A DNA stretch of 64,000 nt, from assembly GCA_044226015.1 (NCBI GenBank), contig JBGAHS010000005.1:416001-480000 (forward strand), given 5' to 3'. The stretch comes from Candidatus Obscuribacteraceae bacterium. Its GTDB lineage: Bacteria > Cyanobacteriota > Vampirovibrionia > Obscuribacterales > Obscuribacteraceae. A program made the translations under genes and the position numbers. Below the pieces are notes generated by a model. That model saw nothing but the letters and a program-made list of their open reading frames with translations, made no database searches and was not told where the DNA came from. Shown piece after piece: positions 8,760 to 19,818 of this stretch (the stretch's first letter is position 1; every line of letters starts with the position of its first letter).

Positions 8760-9435
8760 AGGGGAAGAGCACATTTTGATTGTGGAGGACGAAACTACAA
8801 TCGCTCAGATTTTACGAGAGTATTTAAGCAAAAATGGCTATAGAAGCACTCACTTGTCAGATGGACTCAATGTGATTGAAACTATAAAGTCTGATCCACC
8901 AGATTTGGTGCTTCTCGACCTTATGCTGCCTGGCAAGGATGGTCTGGAGGTCTGCAAGGAAATCAGGAAGTCTTCGTCCGTTCCTATCTTCATGCTCACT
9001 GCAAAAGTGGAAGAGATAGATCGTCTGTTAGGACTGGAATTGGGTGCGGACGATTATATTTGTAAGCCATTTAGCCCGCGTGAAGTAGTAGCTCGAATCA
9101 AAGCATTATTCCGTCGTATGAAGCAAGCCTCACATCCTGAACCCAAGAAAACTGGTTTTGAAATTGACGAAGCAGAAATGCGAATTTTCTATCAAGGTCA
9201 GCGACTTGATTTGACGCCAACTGAGTTTCGGCTCCTGCGATTGTTCATAAGTAATCCTGGGCGCGTTTATTCGAGGTCACAGTTGCTTGATTTGTGTTAC
9301 CAGCAAGAGCAGCTCATCATCGACAGGGTAATTGATAGCCACATCAAAAACCTTCGTAAGAAGATCGCAAAAGTATTAGACGAGCTTGAAGTGATTCACG
9401 CAGTGTATGGAATTGGATATCGGTTCGAGATGTAA
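8752..9435 (+). CDS. baeR: OmpR/BaeR-family response regulator
   Basis: ILIVEDE, LLDLMLPGKDG, EEIDRLLGLELGADDYICKPFSPREVVAR, DSHIKNLRKK, VYGIGYRF; closely matches BaeR motifs. Confidence 0.9.
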   Translation: MAEGEEHILIVEDETTIAQILREYLSKNGYRSTHLSDGLNVIETIKSDPPDLVLLDLMLPGKDGLEVCKEIRKSSSVPIFMLTAKVEEIDRLLGLELGADDYICKPFSPREVVARIKALFRRMKQASHPEPKKTGFEIDEAEMRIFYQGQRLDLTPTEFRLLRLFISNPGRVYSRSQLLDLCYQQEQLIIDRVIDSHIKNLRKKIAKVLDELEVIHAVYGIGYRFEM

Positions 9436-9462
9436 GCTATCGAATCCGTTAATATACCTGAA

Positions 9463-9507
9463 GCCGCCAGGATGGCGGCGCTCCCAGGCTAGTGGGCGGC
9501 GCTCCCA
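9463..9507. repeat. REP-like palindromic element with a 13-bp direct repeat
   Basis: Hairpin GCCGCCA-GGA-TGGCGGC (9463-9479); GGCGGCGCTCCCA at 9474-9486 and 9495-9507; a related sequence lies at 24528-24596. Confidence 0.6.
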
Positions 9508-9642
9508 CGGACTTGAGCAAATGGTCAAATTGAATTGCATCTTTATGGAATCTTGATGCCACAGGACAAAAGGCACTTCCCGCTTATCCTGGCAGGTTTT
9601 CAGCCATCAGGTTCCATAAGTGCGAATCTATGGTTAGCATTC

Positions 9643-9715
9643 CTTTGCGCTTTATTTATACCTATCTTTGCGCCTTCTTTATGCGTGGCAAAACAATATT
9701 CTCACCTTCTTTATG
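9643..9715 (+). promoter_or_regulatory. putative KdpE-binding T-rich direct repeats upstream of the kdp operon
   Basis: TTTGCG/TTTATA/TTTGCG/TTTATG at 9644, 9655, 9667 and 9678 (11-12 bp period); CCTTCTTTATG repeated at 9673 and 9705. Confidence 0.5.
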
Positions 9716-9916
9716 TGTAAGGGGCTTAAATAGATATTGTTTTCCCCCTTTATTTAAGTGCTCTATGGGCGAATCTGAAGTCTTTTGCATTTTGTCAATT
9801 TCCTTTTCACTGATTGCCTTGAAAACAACGCAAGATTGTCTTGACCGAGTTGCCGATGCCATCGTGAAATCGCGAAACAAATCTGAGTGCCAGACTCAAA
9901 AAAGCAGGTGACTGGA

Positions 9917-10006
9917 ATGAACATTTTTGATGTGATTTATCCCACTCTAATGGTTTTGTTCTTTGCTGGTTGTTCTGCATACGTGAAAGCTTGTGAGCGA
10001 CTTTAG
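9917..10006 (+). CDS. 29-aa hydrophobic kdp-associated small membrane peptide
   Basis: MNIFDVIYPTLMVLFFAGCSAYVKACERL*; RBS CAGGTG; immediately upstream of kdpF; absent from the ORF track. Confidence 0.7.
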   Translation: MNIFDVIYPTLMVLFFAGCSAYVKACERL

Positions 10007-10017
10007 TCGAGCTTGCC

Positions 10018-10107
10018 ATGTCTTTTGATAACACCATTTGTCTTTCTTTTGCGCTGGCGCTGTCAGTGTATCTGTCGTACGCGCTATTGTTTCCCCATAA
10101 ATTTTAG
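10018..10107 (+). CDS. kdpF: K+-transporting ATPase subunit F
   Basis: MSFDNTICLSFALALSVYLSYALLFPHKF*; YLxYALxxPxKF KdpF signature directly before kdpA; absent from the ORF track. Confidence 0.9.
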   Translation: MSFDNTICLSFALALSVYLSYALLFPHKF

Positions 10108-10118
10108 TTGTGAGTCTT

Positions 10119-11909
10119 ATGACCTCTTTTGGATGCTTGCAAATACTTTGTTTTTGTCTTGCTTTGATAATCGCCAGCAAACCACTTGGCTCGTATATGT
10201 ATCGTGTGTTTGAAGGTGCCTCTGGGTTAGAGTTCCGAATTCTTGGTCCCTTAGAGAAACTTTGCTACAAGCTGTTTGGCGTTGATGCGGAAGAGGAAAT
10301 GAGTTGGAGAGAATACGCTCTAGCTCTTTTAGCTTTCTCATTAGTTGGTGGGCTCTTCACTTATTTTGTGTTGCGACTACAAGGCTTCTTGCCTCTGAAT
10401 CCCATGCATTTTTCGACATCCAACGCGCCTTCCTTTGCTAGTTCTATGTCGCCCGACCTGGCGTTCAATACGGCAGTGTCGTTTTTGACGAATACTAACT
10501 GGCAAAACTATTCTGGCGAGAGCACACTTTCCTATTTGAGCCAGATGCTTGGTCTTTCTTATCATAATTGGATTTCAGCAGCTGTGGGAATGGTTGCGTG
10601 TGTTGCTCTTTCTAGGGGCTTTTGCAGGCATTCGGCAAGTACAATTGGGAACTTTTGGAAGGACCTAACTCGAAGCCTGCTCTATATCTTTCTTCCTATT
10701 CTTTTCGTTTATTCACTCTTTCTTGTGTCTCAAGGCGTAATTCAAAATTTTGAGCCTTATACGGTGGTGAAGACTGTTGAAGGCGCATCACAGGTGCTTC
10801 CTCAAGGTCCCGTGGCTACACAAGAAGCAGTCAAAATGCTGGGTGTAAACGGGGGAGGTTTTTTTAACGCGAATAGTGCACACCCGTTTGAAAATCCGAC
10901 TCCAATTTCTAACTTCGTACAGATGCTCTCGATCTTTCTCTTGCCTTCTGCGATGACTTTTATGTTCGGAAAAATGGTGAAAGACACCCGGCAGGGTTGG
11001 GCGCTTTTCGCTGTGATGTTTGCCTTGTTCTTGGCTGGAACACTGTTTTGCTACAACGCTGAGTCATACCCTTCTTCCCAATTTGAGAAGAACAAGATAG
11101 AGACTTCTACAGCTGTACTTGGGGATCTTGGTGGCAACATGGAGGGGAAGGAGCTTCGATTTGGACTTGCAAATTCAGCGCTATTTGCCTGCGTCACAAC
11201 TGATGCTAGTTGTGGGGCAGTAAATTGTATGCATGATTCCCTAACTCCAATTGGTGGTCTAGTAACTTTATTGAACATTCAATTGGGAGAAATTGTATTT
11301 GGTGGTGTAGGCTCAGGCTTATACGGAATGCTGGTATTTGCAGTGATTACTGTTTTCATAGCAGGGTTGATGGTTGGAAGAACGCCTGAATACCTCGGTA
11401 AGAAAATTGAGCAAAAGGACGTGAAGATGTGCATGCTATTTGTGTTGATTGCATGCTTTTCGATTCTCTTTTTTAGTGCTGTTGCTGCTGTTACTGTGTT
11501 GCCACAGAACAGCGTATTGAACGCCTTTGGTCCGCTCTACAGAAATACAGGCAACGCGGGACCTCACGGACTCTCTGAACTGATTTATTGTTTTTCGTCA
11601 GCCACTGGAAACAATGGCTCTGCATTTGCCGGACTTTCTGCAAATACACCGTTTTACAATGTCGCAATTGCAATCGCGATGTTGCTCGGACGTTTTCTCA
11701 TGATGGTGCCGGTTCTGGCTCTGGCGGGAACACTTGCTTCAAAGAAATACACGCCACCCACACCAGGTACTTTTCCTACTCATGGTCCGCTGTTTGTTGT
11801 CCTGCTCATAAGCATCATTTTGATCGTTGGGGCGCTGACATTCTTTCCTGCTTTGACATTGGGCCCGATAGCAGAACATTTTCTGATGCAGTCAAATCGA
11901 CTCTTTTAA
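10119..11909 (+). CDS. kdpA: K+-transporting ATPase subunit A
   Basis: [59 protein letters not shown]; alternative GTG start at 10110. Confidence 0.97.
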   Translation: MTSFGCLQILCFCLALIIASKPLGSYMYRVFEGASGLEFRILGPLEKLCYKLFGVDAEEEMSWREYALALLAFSLVGGLFTYFVLRLQGFLPLNPMHFSTSNAPSFASSMSPDLAFNTAVSFLTNTNWQNYSGESTLSYLSQMLGLSYHNWISAAVGMVACVALSRGFCRHSASTIGNFWKDLTRSLLYIFLPILFVYSLFLVSQGVIQNFEPYTVVKTVEGASQVLPQGPVATQEAVKMLGVNGGGFFNANSAHPFENPTPISNFVQMLSIFLLPSAMTFMFGKMVKDTRQGWALFAVMFALFLAGTLFCYNAESYPSSQFEKNKIETSTAVLGDLGGNMEGKELRFGLANSALFACVTTDASCGAVNCMHDSLTPIGGLVTLLNIQLGEIVFGGVGSGLYGMLVFAVITVFIAGLMVGRTPEYLGKKIEQKDVKMCMLFVLIACFSILFFSAVAAVTVLPQNSVLNAFGPLYRNTGNAGPHGLSELIYCFSSATGNNGSAFAGLSANTPFYNVAIAIAMLLGRFLMMVPVLALAGTLASKKYTPPTPGTFPTHGPLFVVLLISIILIVGALTFFPALTLGPIAEHFLMQSNRLF

Positions 11910-11919
11910 GGACAGAACA

Positions 11920-14061
11920 ATGGTTGAAACAATTTCAATTACTCCTCAGACCGAGAAAAAGAAGAAGGCTATTCTCAATAACAGGGACGTTCTTAAACGT
12001 GCTGTTTTTGAAGCTTTTAGAAAGCTGCACCCGGCTAACATGGCAAAGAACCCCGTCATGATGGTAGTTGAGGTGGGGTCATTCTTAACAACGGCTTTCT
12101 TTGTTCGAGACTGTGTACAACATGCTAGCTCTGCACCGCTTTTATTTGAGGGACAGATTTGTTTCTGGCTCTGGAGTACTGTTTTATTTGCAAACTTCTC
12201 CGAAGCTATTGCCGAGGGGCGTGGCAAAGCCCAAGCCGATACTTTGCGAAAGAGCCGTAAGGACACAACGGCAAGGCGAGAAATTAAGAAAGGACAGTAT
12301 GAAACTGTAGCGGCTACACAACTTCAGAAGAACGATATCGTTTACGTCGAGGCAGGAGAAATAATACCGAGTGACGGAGACGTCATCGAAGGAGTCGCTA
12401 GCGTCGACGAAAGCGCTATAACCGGTGAATCAGCCCCGGTTATTCGCGAGAGCGGTGGCGATCGAAGCGCCGTCACAGGTGGTACCACAGTTTTGTCTGA
12501 TTGGCTGAGAGTCAAAATCACTGTTCAGCCAGGTGAGACTTTTATGGATCGTATGATCTCTCTGGTTGAAGGCGCAGAACGGCAGAAAACGCCTAACGAA
12601 ATAGCGCTCAATATACTTCTTGCGGGTTTGACTCTAGTCTTTCTGCTTGCGGTGGTGACTCTTTTGCCGTTTTCCCTATTCTCAGTGAGGGAAGCTCAGT
12701 CTGGCTCCGCTCCTGACTCGTTCTCACTAATAGCTCTGTTAGTTTGTTTGATTCCCACGACAATAGGTGGGCTTCTGTCTGCAATTGGAATCGCCGGAAT
12801 GGACAGAGTCTTGCAACATAACGTACTTGCAATGAGTGGTAAAGCTATCGAAGCAGCCGGCGATGTAGATACACTCTTGCTCGATAAGACAGGAACCATC
12901 ACTCTGGGAAATCGGCAGGCGGTAGAGTTTATTCCAGCGCCTGGTGTGAGCATAAATGTTTTGGCTGATGCTGCACAGCTTTCTTCACTTACTGATGAGA
13001 CACCAGAAGGACGCTCTATCGTTGCTCTGGCTAAGAACCAATTCAATCTTCGTGAAAGACAGCTGGCCTCAATAGATGCCGAATTTATCTCATTTAGCGC
13101 TCAGACCAGAATGAGTGGTGTGAATGTTGAAGGCAAAATGATAAGAAAAGGTGCGGCTGATAGTATCTTCAAATTTGTTAAAGAGTTGGGTTTAGCTATT
13201 CCTCGCGAAGTAGAGATGGAAGTAGCCAGGGTTGCTCAAGCGGGCGGAACGCCGCTGGTGACAGCTGACAATCAAAAAGGTGTGTTGGGCGTCATCTATT
13301 TGAAGGATGTCGTCAAAGGTGGAATGAAGGAACGGTTTTCACAGCTTCGTGAGATGGGCATTCGCACCATAATGATTACCGGAGACAATCCGCTAACTGC
13401 CGCTGCAATCGCTTCAGAAGCTGGTGTAGATGACTTTCTTGCTGAAGCAACACCTGAAAACAAAATGCAATTGATAAGGCGCGAACAGGCTGGGGGAAGG
13501 CTGGTCGCTATGACGGGCGACGGTACAAATGATGCTCCTGCACTGGCTGCAGCCGATGTGGGGTTAGCGATGAATTCGGGAACCCAGGCTGCCAAAGAGG
13601 CAGGCAACATGATTGACCTTGATTCTAACCCTACGAAGCTAATCGAGGTTGTACAAATTGGAAAGCAATTGTTGATGACTCGTGGTGCTTTAACTACATT
13701 TTCAATTGCAAATGATGTAGCAAAATATTTCGCTATTTTGCCAGCTATGTTTGCTGCTATTTATGTTCTTCCGGAGACGAATAAAGGTGCTCTCTGGGCG
13801 CTGAATATCATGGGACTTCACTCTCCTCAGTCTGCTATTTTGGCTGCGGTAATTTTTAATGCTTTGATTATCGTCGCTCTCATACCACTTGCTCTGAGAG
13901 GAGTGGCTTATAAGCCCATGAGCGCCGAATCACTCTTGTGGAGGAACCTTCTAGTTTACGGGTTGGGAGGACTGATTGTTCCTTTTCCAGGAATTTGGTT
14001 TCTTGACCAGTGTCTTGTAATTTTCGGACTGGCACCGGCAACGGTGGCGGGAGGTGTCTAA
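11920..14061 (+). CDS. kdpB: K+-transporting P-type ATPase subunit B
   Basis: TGES, LIPTTIG, DKTGT phosphorylation site, [21 protein letters not shown]. Confidence 0.98.
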   Translation: MVETISITPQTEKKKKAILNNRDVLKRAVFEAFRKLHPANMAKNPVMMVVEVGSFLTTAFFVRDCVQHASSAPLLFEGQICFWLWSTVLFANFSEAIAEGRGKAQADTLRKSRKDTTARREIKKGQYETVAATQLQKNDIVYVEAGEIIPSDGDVIEGVASVDESAITGESAPVIRESGGDRSAVTGGTTVLSDWLRVKITVQPGETFMDRMISLVEGAERQKTPNEIALNILLAGLTLVFLLAVVTLLPFSLFSVREAQSGSAPDSFSLIALLVCLIPTTIGGLLSAIGIAGMDRVLQHNVLAMSGKAIEAAGDVDTLLLDKTGTITLGNRQAVEFIPAPGVSINVLADAAQLSSLTDETPEGRSIVALAKNQFNLRERQLASIDAEFISFSAQTRMSGVNVEGKMIRKGAADSIFKFVKELGLAIPREVEMEVARVAQAGGTPLVTADNQKGVLGVIYLKDVVKGGMKERFSQLREMGIRTIMITGDNPLTAAAIASEAGVDDFLAEATPENKMQLIRREQAGGRLVAMTGDGTNDAPALAAADVGLAMNSGTQAAKEAGNMIDLDSNPTKLIEVVQIGKQLLMTRGALTTFSIANDVAKYFAILPAMFAAIYVLPETNKGALWALNIMGLHSPQSAILAAVIFNALIIVALIPLALRGVAYKPMSAESLLWRNLLVYGLGGLIVPFPGIWFLDQCLVIFGLAPATVAGGV

Positions 14062-14681
14062 TGTTTCGTCATTTGCTTCCAGCAATAAGGGCAACTATTT
14101 TAATAGCATTACTGACTGGTATCGTTTTTCCAATCTCTGTGACTATCTTGAGCACTGTATTTTTCAATGAGCAAGCCAAAGGTTCATTGATTCGAAATGC
14201 GACTGGCGAAGTCATTGGGTCAAGTCTTATTGGACAAGGATTTTCGCGTCCTGAGTATTTTCATCCGCGTCCGTCGGCGGCAGGCTCTGGTTATGCCGGC
14301 GAGGCGTCTGCAGGCAGTAACTTGGGACCCACGTCGCGAAAGTTGTTTGAAGGGCTAACGGATGACCCCGCAACCGCTGCCAATGAGTCGTTTGATGGCG
14401 TCAAACAATTGAGTGACACCTATAGAACGGAAAATCGTCTTTCTGAAAGTGAGAAAGTTCCGGTCGATGCTGTCAGCAGGTCTGCGTCAGGATTAGATCC
14501 ACACATTTCCTTTGCCAATGCACTCTTTCAATCTCGCCGGGTATCGGAGTGTCGTAAAGTACCAATTGAAAAAATTCGAGCGTTAGTAGAAAGCCATCTG
14601 GAAGGGAGGCAACTAGGTTTTATTGGCGAACCTCGAATAAATGTTCTTCAGTTAAATTTGGCGCTTGATCAGGCAAGGTGA
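14061..14681 (+). CDS. kdpC: K+-transporting ATPase subunit C
   Basis: QAKGSLI, GSSLIGQ, YFHPRPSA, SNLGPT, SASGLDPHIS, NVLQLNLALD; ATG overlaps the kdpB stop. Confidence 0.97.
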   Translation: MFRHLLPAIRATILIALLTGIVFPISVTILSTVFFNEQAKGSLIRNATGEVIGSSLIGQGFSRPEYFHPRPSAAGSGYAGEASAGSNLGPTSRKLFEGLTDDPATAANESFDGVKQLSDTYRTENRLSESEKVPVDAVSRSASGLDPHISFANALFQSRRVSECRKVPIEKIRALVESHLEGRQLGFIGEPRINVLQLNLALDQAR

Positions 14682-14690
14682 TTATAGAAA

Positions 14691-17393
14691 ATGAACCCGC
14701 GTCCCGACCCTGAAGCTCTATTGTTTCGCATCTCACAAAGTGATGCGCACGATAAAAAGGGTCGGCTAAAGATCTTTTTTGGTGCTGCAGCCGGAGTTGG
14801 AAAAACTTATTCCATGCTTGAGGCCGCTCATAAGATCAAGGCTCAGGGGCGCGACGTGCTTGTTGGATTTGTTGAAACGCACGGACGCAAAGAAACAGAG
14901 AGTCTTCTGCTTGGGCACGAGGTTTTGCCTCCGCAACAAGTTGAATACAAAGGTACGTCAATCAAAGAGTTCGATATTGATGCCGCACTGCGGCGAAAGC
15001 CCGAACTCATACTTGTTGATGAGTTGGCTCATACGAATGCTTTTGGTTGCAGGCATGCAAAACGCTGGCAAGATGTTCAGGAACTGCTAGAGAACGGAAT
15101 TGATGTATACACGACACTAAATGTGCAGCACGTTGAAAGTTTGCATGATGTTGTGGCGCAAGTAACTCGTGTCTCTGTTCGTGAACGAGTCCCGGATGTT
15201 TTTCTTGAGAAAGCTCAGGAAATTGAGCTGGTTGATTTGCCACCAGATGAATTGCTGCAGCGTATGCGAGAAGGGAAGGTTTACATCCCCGAAAAAGCAA
15301 AGTCTGCACTCGAGAATTTTTTCCGAAAAGGAAACTTGATTGCTCTGAGGGAATTGGGGCTTCGATATCTGGCAACTCGAGTTGAATCCGATATGGATGC
15401 CTATCGGCAGAGCCATGCAATCAAGCATCCATGGCCAGCTAGCGAGCGAATATTGGTTTGTATTAGTCCGAGCCCGTTGGCTTTTCGTTTGGTTCGAGCA
15501 GGAAAGAGAATGGCCGATGCGTTAAGAGCACGCTGGACTGTCTTGTATGTAGAGGGGCTCAGTAACGGACCTATTTCACGAAGCGACCGAGATTCTGTAG
15601 TTCAAACCTTACGCCTTGCAGAGCAGTTGGGTGCCGAGACAATTGAGCTATCTGGTGTGAATATAGCAGAAGAGATCATTCGCAGTGCTCTCCAATACAA
15701 TGTATCCAAAATAATCATAGGTAAATCTTGTCGCTCAAAGTTGCGCGAAATTATCTATGGAAACATCGTAGATAGCGTCATCAGGCAGAGTGGTGCCATC
15801 GATGTTTATGTAATTACAGGCGATGACTTAGCACCTGTTCCCACTAAAGAGCCCATATTTAGAAATGGTAGTGCACCTGCTTATGATTCTTATCCTCAAG
15901 CGTTTGCTGTCATAATTTTTTTCACGCTTATTGCAAAATGGATGACCAATCACTTTGAATTATCAAATGTCGTCATGTTCTATTTGCTTGGTGTCATCTT
16001 CGTGGCTATGCGCTTCGGGCGGGGTCCATCTATCATGGCTTCCATTTTTAGTGTGGCTGCATTCGATTTTTTCTGTGTCCCTCCCTATTTCACATTCGCT
16101 GTATCAGATACGCAATATCTAATCACATTCATGGTTATGCTTATCGTTGCGCTGATAACGAGCACTCTCATGGTGACCATAAAGGCCCAGGCAGAGTCTG
16201 CTCGCTTGCGTGAGATTCGCACAGCTGCATTGTATTCAATGAGCCGCGACCTTTCATCTGCTCTGGATACAAATAACCTATTGAGCATAGGACTAAAGCA
16301 CCTTTCTGATGTTTTCAATTGTCAGTGTGCAGTGTTCTTGATTGCTGCCAACGGTGAGTTGAAACTGGCGTGCCAGGCGGAAGGAGAACATTGTTTAAGT
16401 GATTTTTCAGAGGGGATTGCATCCTGGGTCGTCCAGAACCGTCAGTCAGCTGGTTTAGGTACAGCTACTCTTCCAGGTGGTTCTGAACTCTATCTTCCAT
16501 TGCTATCTGGTCAAAACTGTATGGGAGTACTTGTTGTTAAGCCGGTTCATAAAGACAGGCTCGGGACCAGTGAGCAATTTAGATTGCTTGAGACTTTCGC
16601 TAATCAAATTTCTTTAGCATGCGGACGCTCAATACTTGCTGATGAAAGTGAGCGGGCTAGATTGCAGGTGAAGACTGAGCAGATGCGAAACTCACTCCTG
16701 AGCTCCGTTTCGCATGATTTAAGAACTCCACTTGCCACCATTGCTGGAGCCGCAAGCAGCATCTTGGAAGAGAAAGAGGTGTTCGACAAAGTTCAGTGTT
16801 TAGAGCTTGTCAGTGAAATCTACTCAGAATCGATGAGGTTGAATCGCCTTGTTTCAAATCTGCTTGAGATGACAAAGCTGGAGTCAAAAACTCTCATACT
16901 GAAGAGGGAATACCTTCCCGCAGATGAAGTTGTTGGAGCTGCGCTGACCTACATGGAAGACAGGTTGGGAGATCATCCCATTGAAACCGATATTCAGCCA
17001 GGGTTGCCACTTCTTGTGGTTGATTCCATTCTGATTCACCAGGTACTAATTAACCTGCTAGAAAATGCTGTCAAATATTCCGATGATGGCAGCACAATTA
17101 AAGTGGGTGCCTATGAACATGACGACGTAGTTGTGTTGTTTGTAGCCGATCATGGTTCTGGTATTCAATTACAGGATAGAGAGAAGGTTTTTGAAAAGTT
17201 CTATAGAGCTGATAACGCGAGGTCAAAAGGTGCAGGATTGGGGCTGGCAATATGCTTTGGCATTGTTGAGGCCCATGAAGGAAAAATATGGGTTGAAGAC
17301 ACCGCTGGGGGTGGTGCGACTTTCAAGTTTACAGTTAAGACCATGCAAGAAAGCAGTTTCTTGCCATCAAGCGAAGAAAATGAGTTGGAGTAG
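14691..17393 (+). CDS. kdpD: osmosensitive K+ channel sensor histidine kinase
   Basis: GRLKIFFGAAAGVGKT, VDELAHTN, Usp domain, 4 TM helices, GAF, SHDLRTPL, GAGLGL. Confidence 0.97.
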   Translation: MNPRPDPEALLFRISQSDAHDKKGRLKIFFGAAAGVGKTYSMLEAAHKIKAQGRDVLVGFVETHGRKETESLLLGHEVLPPQQVEYKGTSIKEFDIDAALRRKPELILVDELAHTNAFGCRHAKRWQDVQELLENGIDVYTTLNVQHVESLHDVVAQVTRVSVRERVPDVFLEKAQEIELVDLPPDELLQRMREGKVYIPEKAKSALENFFRKGNLIALRELGLRYLATRVESDMDAYRQSHAIKHPWPASERILVCISPSPLAFRLVRAGKRMADALRARWTVLYVEGLSNGPISRSDRDSVVQTLRLAEQLGAETIELSGVNIAEEIIRSALQYNVSKIIIGKSCRSKLREIIYGNIVDSVIRQSGAIDVYVITGDDLAPVPTKEPIFRNGSAPAYDSYPQAFAVIIFFTLIAKWMTNHFELSNVVMFYLLGVIFVAMRFGRGPSIMASIFSVAAFDFFCVPPYFTFAVSDTQYLITFMVMLIVALITSTLMVTIKAQAESARLREIRTAALYSMSRDLSSALDTNNLLSIGLKHLSDVFNCQCAVFLIAANGELKLACQAEGEHCLSDFSEGIASWVVQNRQSAGLGTATLPGGSELYLPLLSGQNCMGVLVVKPVHKDRLGTSEQFRLLETFANQISLACGRSILADESERARLQVKTEQMRNSLLSSVSHDLRTPLATIAGAASSILEEKEVFDKVQCLELVSEIYSESMRLNRLVSNLLEMTKLESKTLILKREYLPADEVVGAALTYMEDRLGDHPIETDIQPGLPLLVVDSILIHQVLINLLENAVKYSDDGSTIKVGAYEHDDVVVLFVADHGSGIQLQDREKVFEKFYRADNARSKGAGLGLAICFGIVEAHEGKIWVEDTAGGGATFKFTVKTMQESSFLPSSEENELE

Positions 17394-17397
17394 ACCT

Positions 17398-18093
17398 ATG
17401 GCAGAGAGTCATCAAATTTTGGTTATTGAAGATGAGGTTCCCATCAGGCGCTTCTTACGTCTTGCTCTTATGGATAAAGGCTATCGATTTTCTGAAGCCT
17501 CTTCGGGTAAGGAAGGCTTAGTGAAAATTGCTAACGACCAGCCCGATCTTGTGATTCTTGATCTGGGCTTGCCTGATATGGATGGATTAGAGGTCACCAG
17601 GCAAATTCGCGAGTGGAGTCAAATTCCAGTAATTGTCTTATCAGCCAGGTTGACCGAGCAGGATAAAGTAAATGCTCTTGATTCTGGGGCAGATGACTAT
17701 TTGACTAAACCATTTGGCGTGCCGGAGTTGCTTGCAAGAATTAGAGTCGCATTGAGACATTTCAGGCAAAGTGAGGTGGGTTCTGAACTTTCTGAATTCT
17801 CTTTTGGTAACGTGACAGTGGACTTTGGACGCAGGCTGGTTATGCTTGATGGAAACGAAGTAAAGCTTACTCGAATTGAGTACAAGCTGTTGCAGACTTT
17901 AGTCAAGTATGCCGGTAGAGTTGTGACTCACAACCAGCTCTTGCGAGAAGTCTGGGGAATCAACTTCAATGAAGACAGCAACTATCTTCGTGTTTATATG
18001 GCACATCTGAGGAGAAAGCTTGAGGCAGACTCGGCAAGACCGAAATACCTTGTCACCGAAGCTGGTGTCGGATACAGATTGAAGACGGGATAG
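17398..18093 (+). CDS. kdpE: KdpE response regulator
   Basis: ILVIEDE, LDLGLPDMDG, ADDYLTKPF, YLRVYMAHLRRKLE; follows kdpD. Confidence 0.96.
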   Translation: MAESHQILVIEDEVPIRRFLRLALMDKGYRFSEASSGKEGLVKIANDQPDLVILDLGLPDMDGLEVTRQIREWSQIPVIVLSARLTEQDKVNALDSGADDYLTKPFGVPELLARIRVALRHFRQSEVGSELSEFSFGNVTVDFGRRLVMLDGNEVKLTRIEYKLLQTLVKYAGRVVTHNQLLREVWGINFNEDSNYLRVYMAHLRRKLEADSARPKYLVTEAGVGYRLKTG

Positions 18094-18209
18094 TTAGTTG
18101 CCGCTCCGTACCCGCGCAGCGGTGTCAGATTTTTCCACAAATCTATGGAGCGCCTGGCAGTCCTTTTGAATCTGCTAAAACAGCCCCGCGTTGATTCTCG
18201 GTCTTAAAC

Positions 18210-18506
18210 TTAAGTGGTATGTTCAAGCAAGTCTTTCACTACTTCGAGCTGAAATAGAGTGCTAATGTCTGTACAACAGTCTCTCACTCGCTTTCCTGCT
18301 GGAGTTGAAGATGGTTCCAGTGTTTCCCATTGTTCCTTAGACTTCCATTGAGCGTAGCCTACATATTTGCCGTCCGAGTTGCGGTGAAGGCGAGAACCGA
18401 GTGACTTATACGTTTCTTTGATTTCGATAGTTCTTTCTGTCCATGCCTCTTCAAATTCTTGTTCTTTGCCAGGTATGACTGAGAATGTATAAAACGCGAT
18501 GAACAT
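18210..18506 (-). CDS. antibiotic biosynthesis monooxygenase (ABM) family protein
   Basis: 98 aa; FSVIPGKEQEFEEAW, SLGSRLH, YVGYAQWKS: dimeric alpha/beta barrel pattern. Confidence 0.75.
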   Translation of the reverse strand: MFIAFYTFSVIPGKEQEFEEAWTERTIEIKETYKSLGSRLHRNSDGKYVGYAQWKSKEQWETLEPSSTPAGKRVRDCCTDISTLFQLEVVKDLLEHTT

Positions 18507-18516
18507 CTGTTCTCCC

Positions 18517-19818
18517 CTACTTTTTGTAGACCTTGCCTTCTTTCATGACGAACGTAATTCTTTCCAGTTGGTGAATATCGGTTAACGGGTCTCCATCAAC
18601 TGCCACCAGATCAGCAAATTTTCCAGGACTGATTGAGCCTATGTCCTTTGGCTTTCCAATGAGATCCGCCGACCAAATTGTTGCAGATTGGATTGCTTGC
18701 ATGGGGGACAGTCCATACTTGACCATGTAGGGAAACTGTTTTGCATTCCACCCATGTGGAAAGACTCCAGCATCGGTTCCAAAGGCGATTTTTACACCTG
18801 CCTTCACTGCGCGAGCAAAGTTCTCTCGCTGAATGCGCCCGAGGTCTGACTCATGTTGTTGGAAGTCTTGAGGAATACCTTTGTCTTTCCCCTCTCCAAG
18901 AATGTAGTCATCATCGTAGATGTCAGCCACCAGATAAGTGTTGTTCTTCTTCATGAGTTCGATGCCCTCATCATCAAGGTATGTTCCATGCTCGATAGAG
19001 CTGGCACCAGCTTTGATGGCGTCCTTTATTCCTCGGGCGCTATGGGCGTGTGCTGCAACCTTTAAGCCAAACTTGTTAGCCTCATCGACTGCCGCGTTAA
19101 TCTCTTCTGCTGTAAATTCAGTGGCTGACGGGTTGCTTCCATGAGTAAGAACGGCTCCGGTGGCAATTACTTTAATATGGTCTACTCCGGCATTGGCAAG
19201 GCTTCTAATGCGTTTCCTTACTGTCCATGGGTCGTCTGCCTCTCCGAAATGAAGATCCCAGGGCAGCTGTATGTCTGGTGCTATGCCGGTTACGGCGCCA
19301 CCACCTTTGGTGACGGTTATGTATGCTCCTGCGACGTACATGCGAGGACCAACAACGTCTCCCCTATTTATTGCATCGCGAAGTGCTATGTCGACTAGTG
19401 CTCTATAGCATCCCACATCTCTTACTGTGGTAAAGCCTGCTTCTAAGGTATTCCTGGCGTTTGGAATCGACTCAAATGCTCGCTGGGCTGCTGATTTTTG
19501 GAGTTCCGCCAGAGGGTCAGGGTCAGCTGAGCCAACAAGGTGTGTGTGGCAGTCGATAAGACCGGGTAGCACAGTCTTCTTAGAAAGATCGAGAAGCTCG
19601 GCGTCCGGCGGTGCCTTGAATCCATCACTCAATGCTTTGATTCGCCCGTCTTCTATCAATATTGTTTGATTTTGGAGAACCCTTCCTTGTTCAACATCGA
19701 TTAGTCTTCCGGCTTTGACCGCGATGGTTTTTGCCATCGATGGCGCGGTGAACAGGAACGGAACAACAAGTACACATGTGATAGAAATGAGTATTCTTAA
19801 TTTCTTGTCGAAATGCAC
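18517..19818 (-). CDS. exported metal-dependent amidohydrolase (Xaa-Pro dipeptidase-like)
   Basis: LPGLIDCHTH, GFTTVRDVG, AAHAH, SIEHG, FGTDAGV, GKFADLVAV; probable GTG start at 19818 with RBS AGAGG and a signal peptide. Confidence 0.9.
   Translation of the reverse strand: MHFDKKLRILISITCVLVVPFLFTAPSMAKTIAVKAGRLIDVEQGRVLQNQTILIEDGRIKALSDGFKAPPDAELLDLSKKTVLPGLIDCHTHLVGSADPDPLAELQKSAAQRAFESIPNARNTLEAGFTTVRDVGCYRALVDIALRDAINRGDVVGPRMYVAGAYITVTKGGGAVTGIAPDIQLPWDLHFGEADDPWTVRKRIRSLANAGVDHIKVIATGAVLTHGSNPSATEFTAEEINAAVDEANKFGLKVAAHAHSARGIKDAIKAGASSIEHGTYLDDEGIELMKKNNTYLVADIYDDDYILGEGKDKGIPQDFQQHESDLGRIQRENFARAVKAGVKIAFGTDAGVFPHGWNAKQFPYMVKYGLSPMQAIQSATIWSADLIGKPKDIGSISPGKFADLVAVDGDPLTDIHQLERITFVMKEGKVYKK

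Noticed and set aside
9535..10213. Several 60-90 aa ORFs listed upstream of kdpA
   Set aside because: They overlap the AT-rich promoter region and the two better-supported 29-aa genes, and lack recognisable features.
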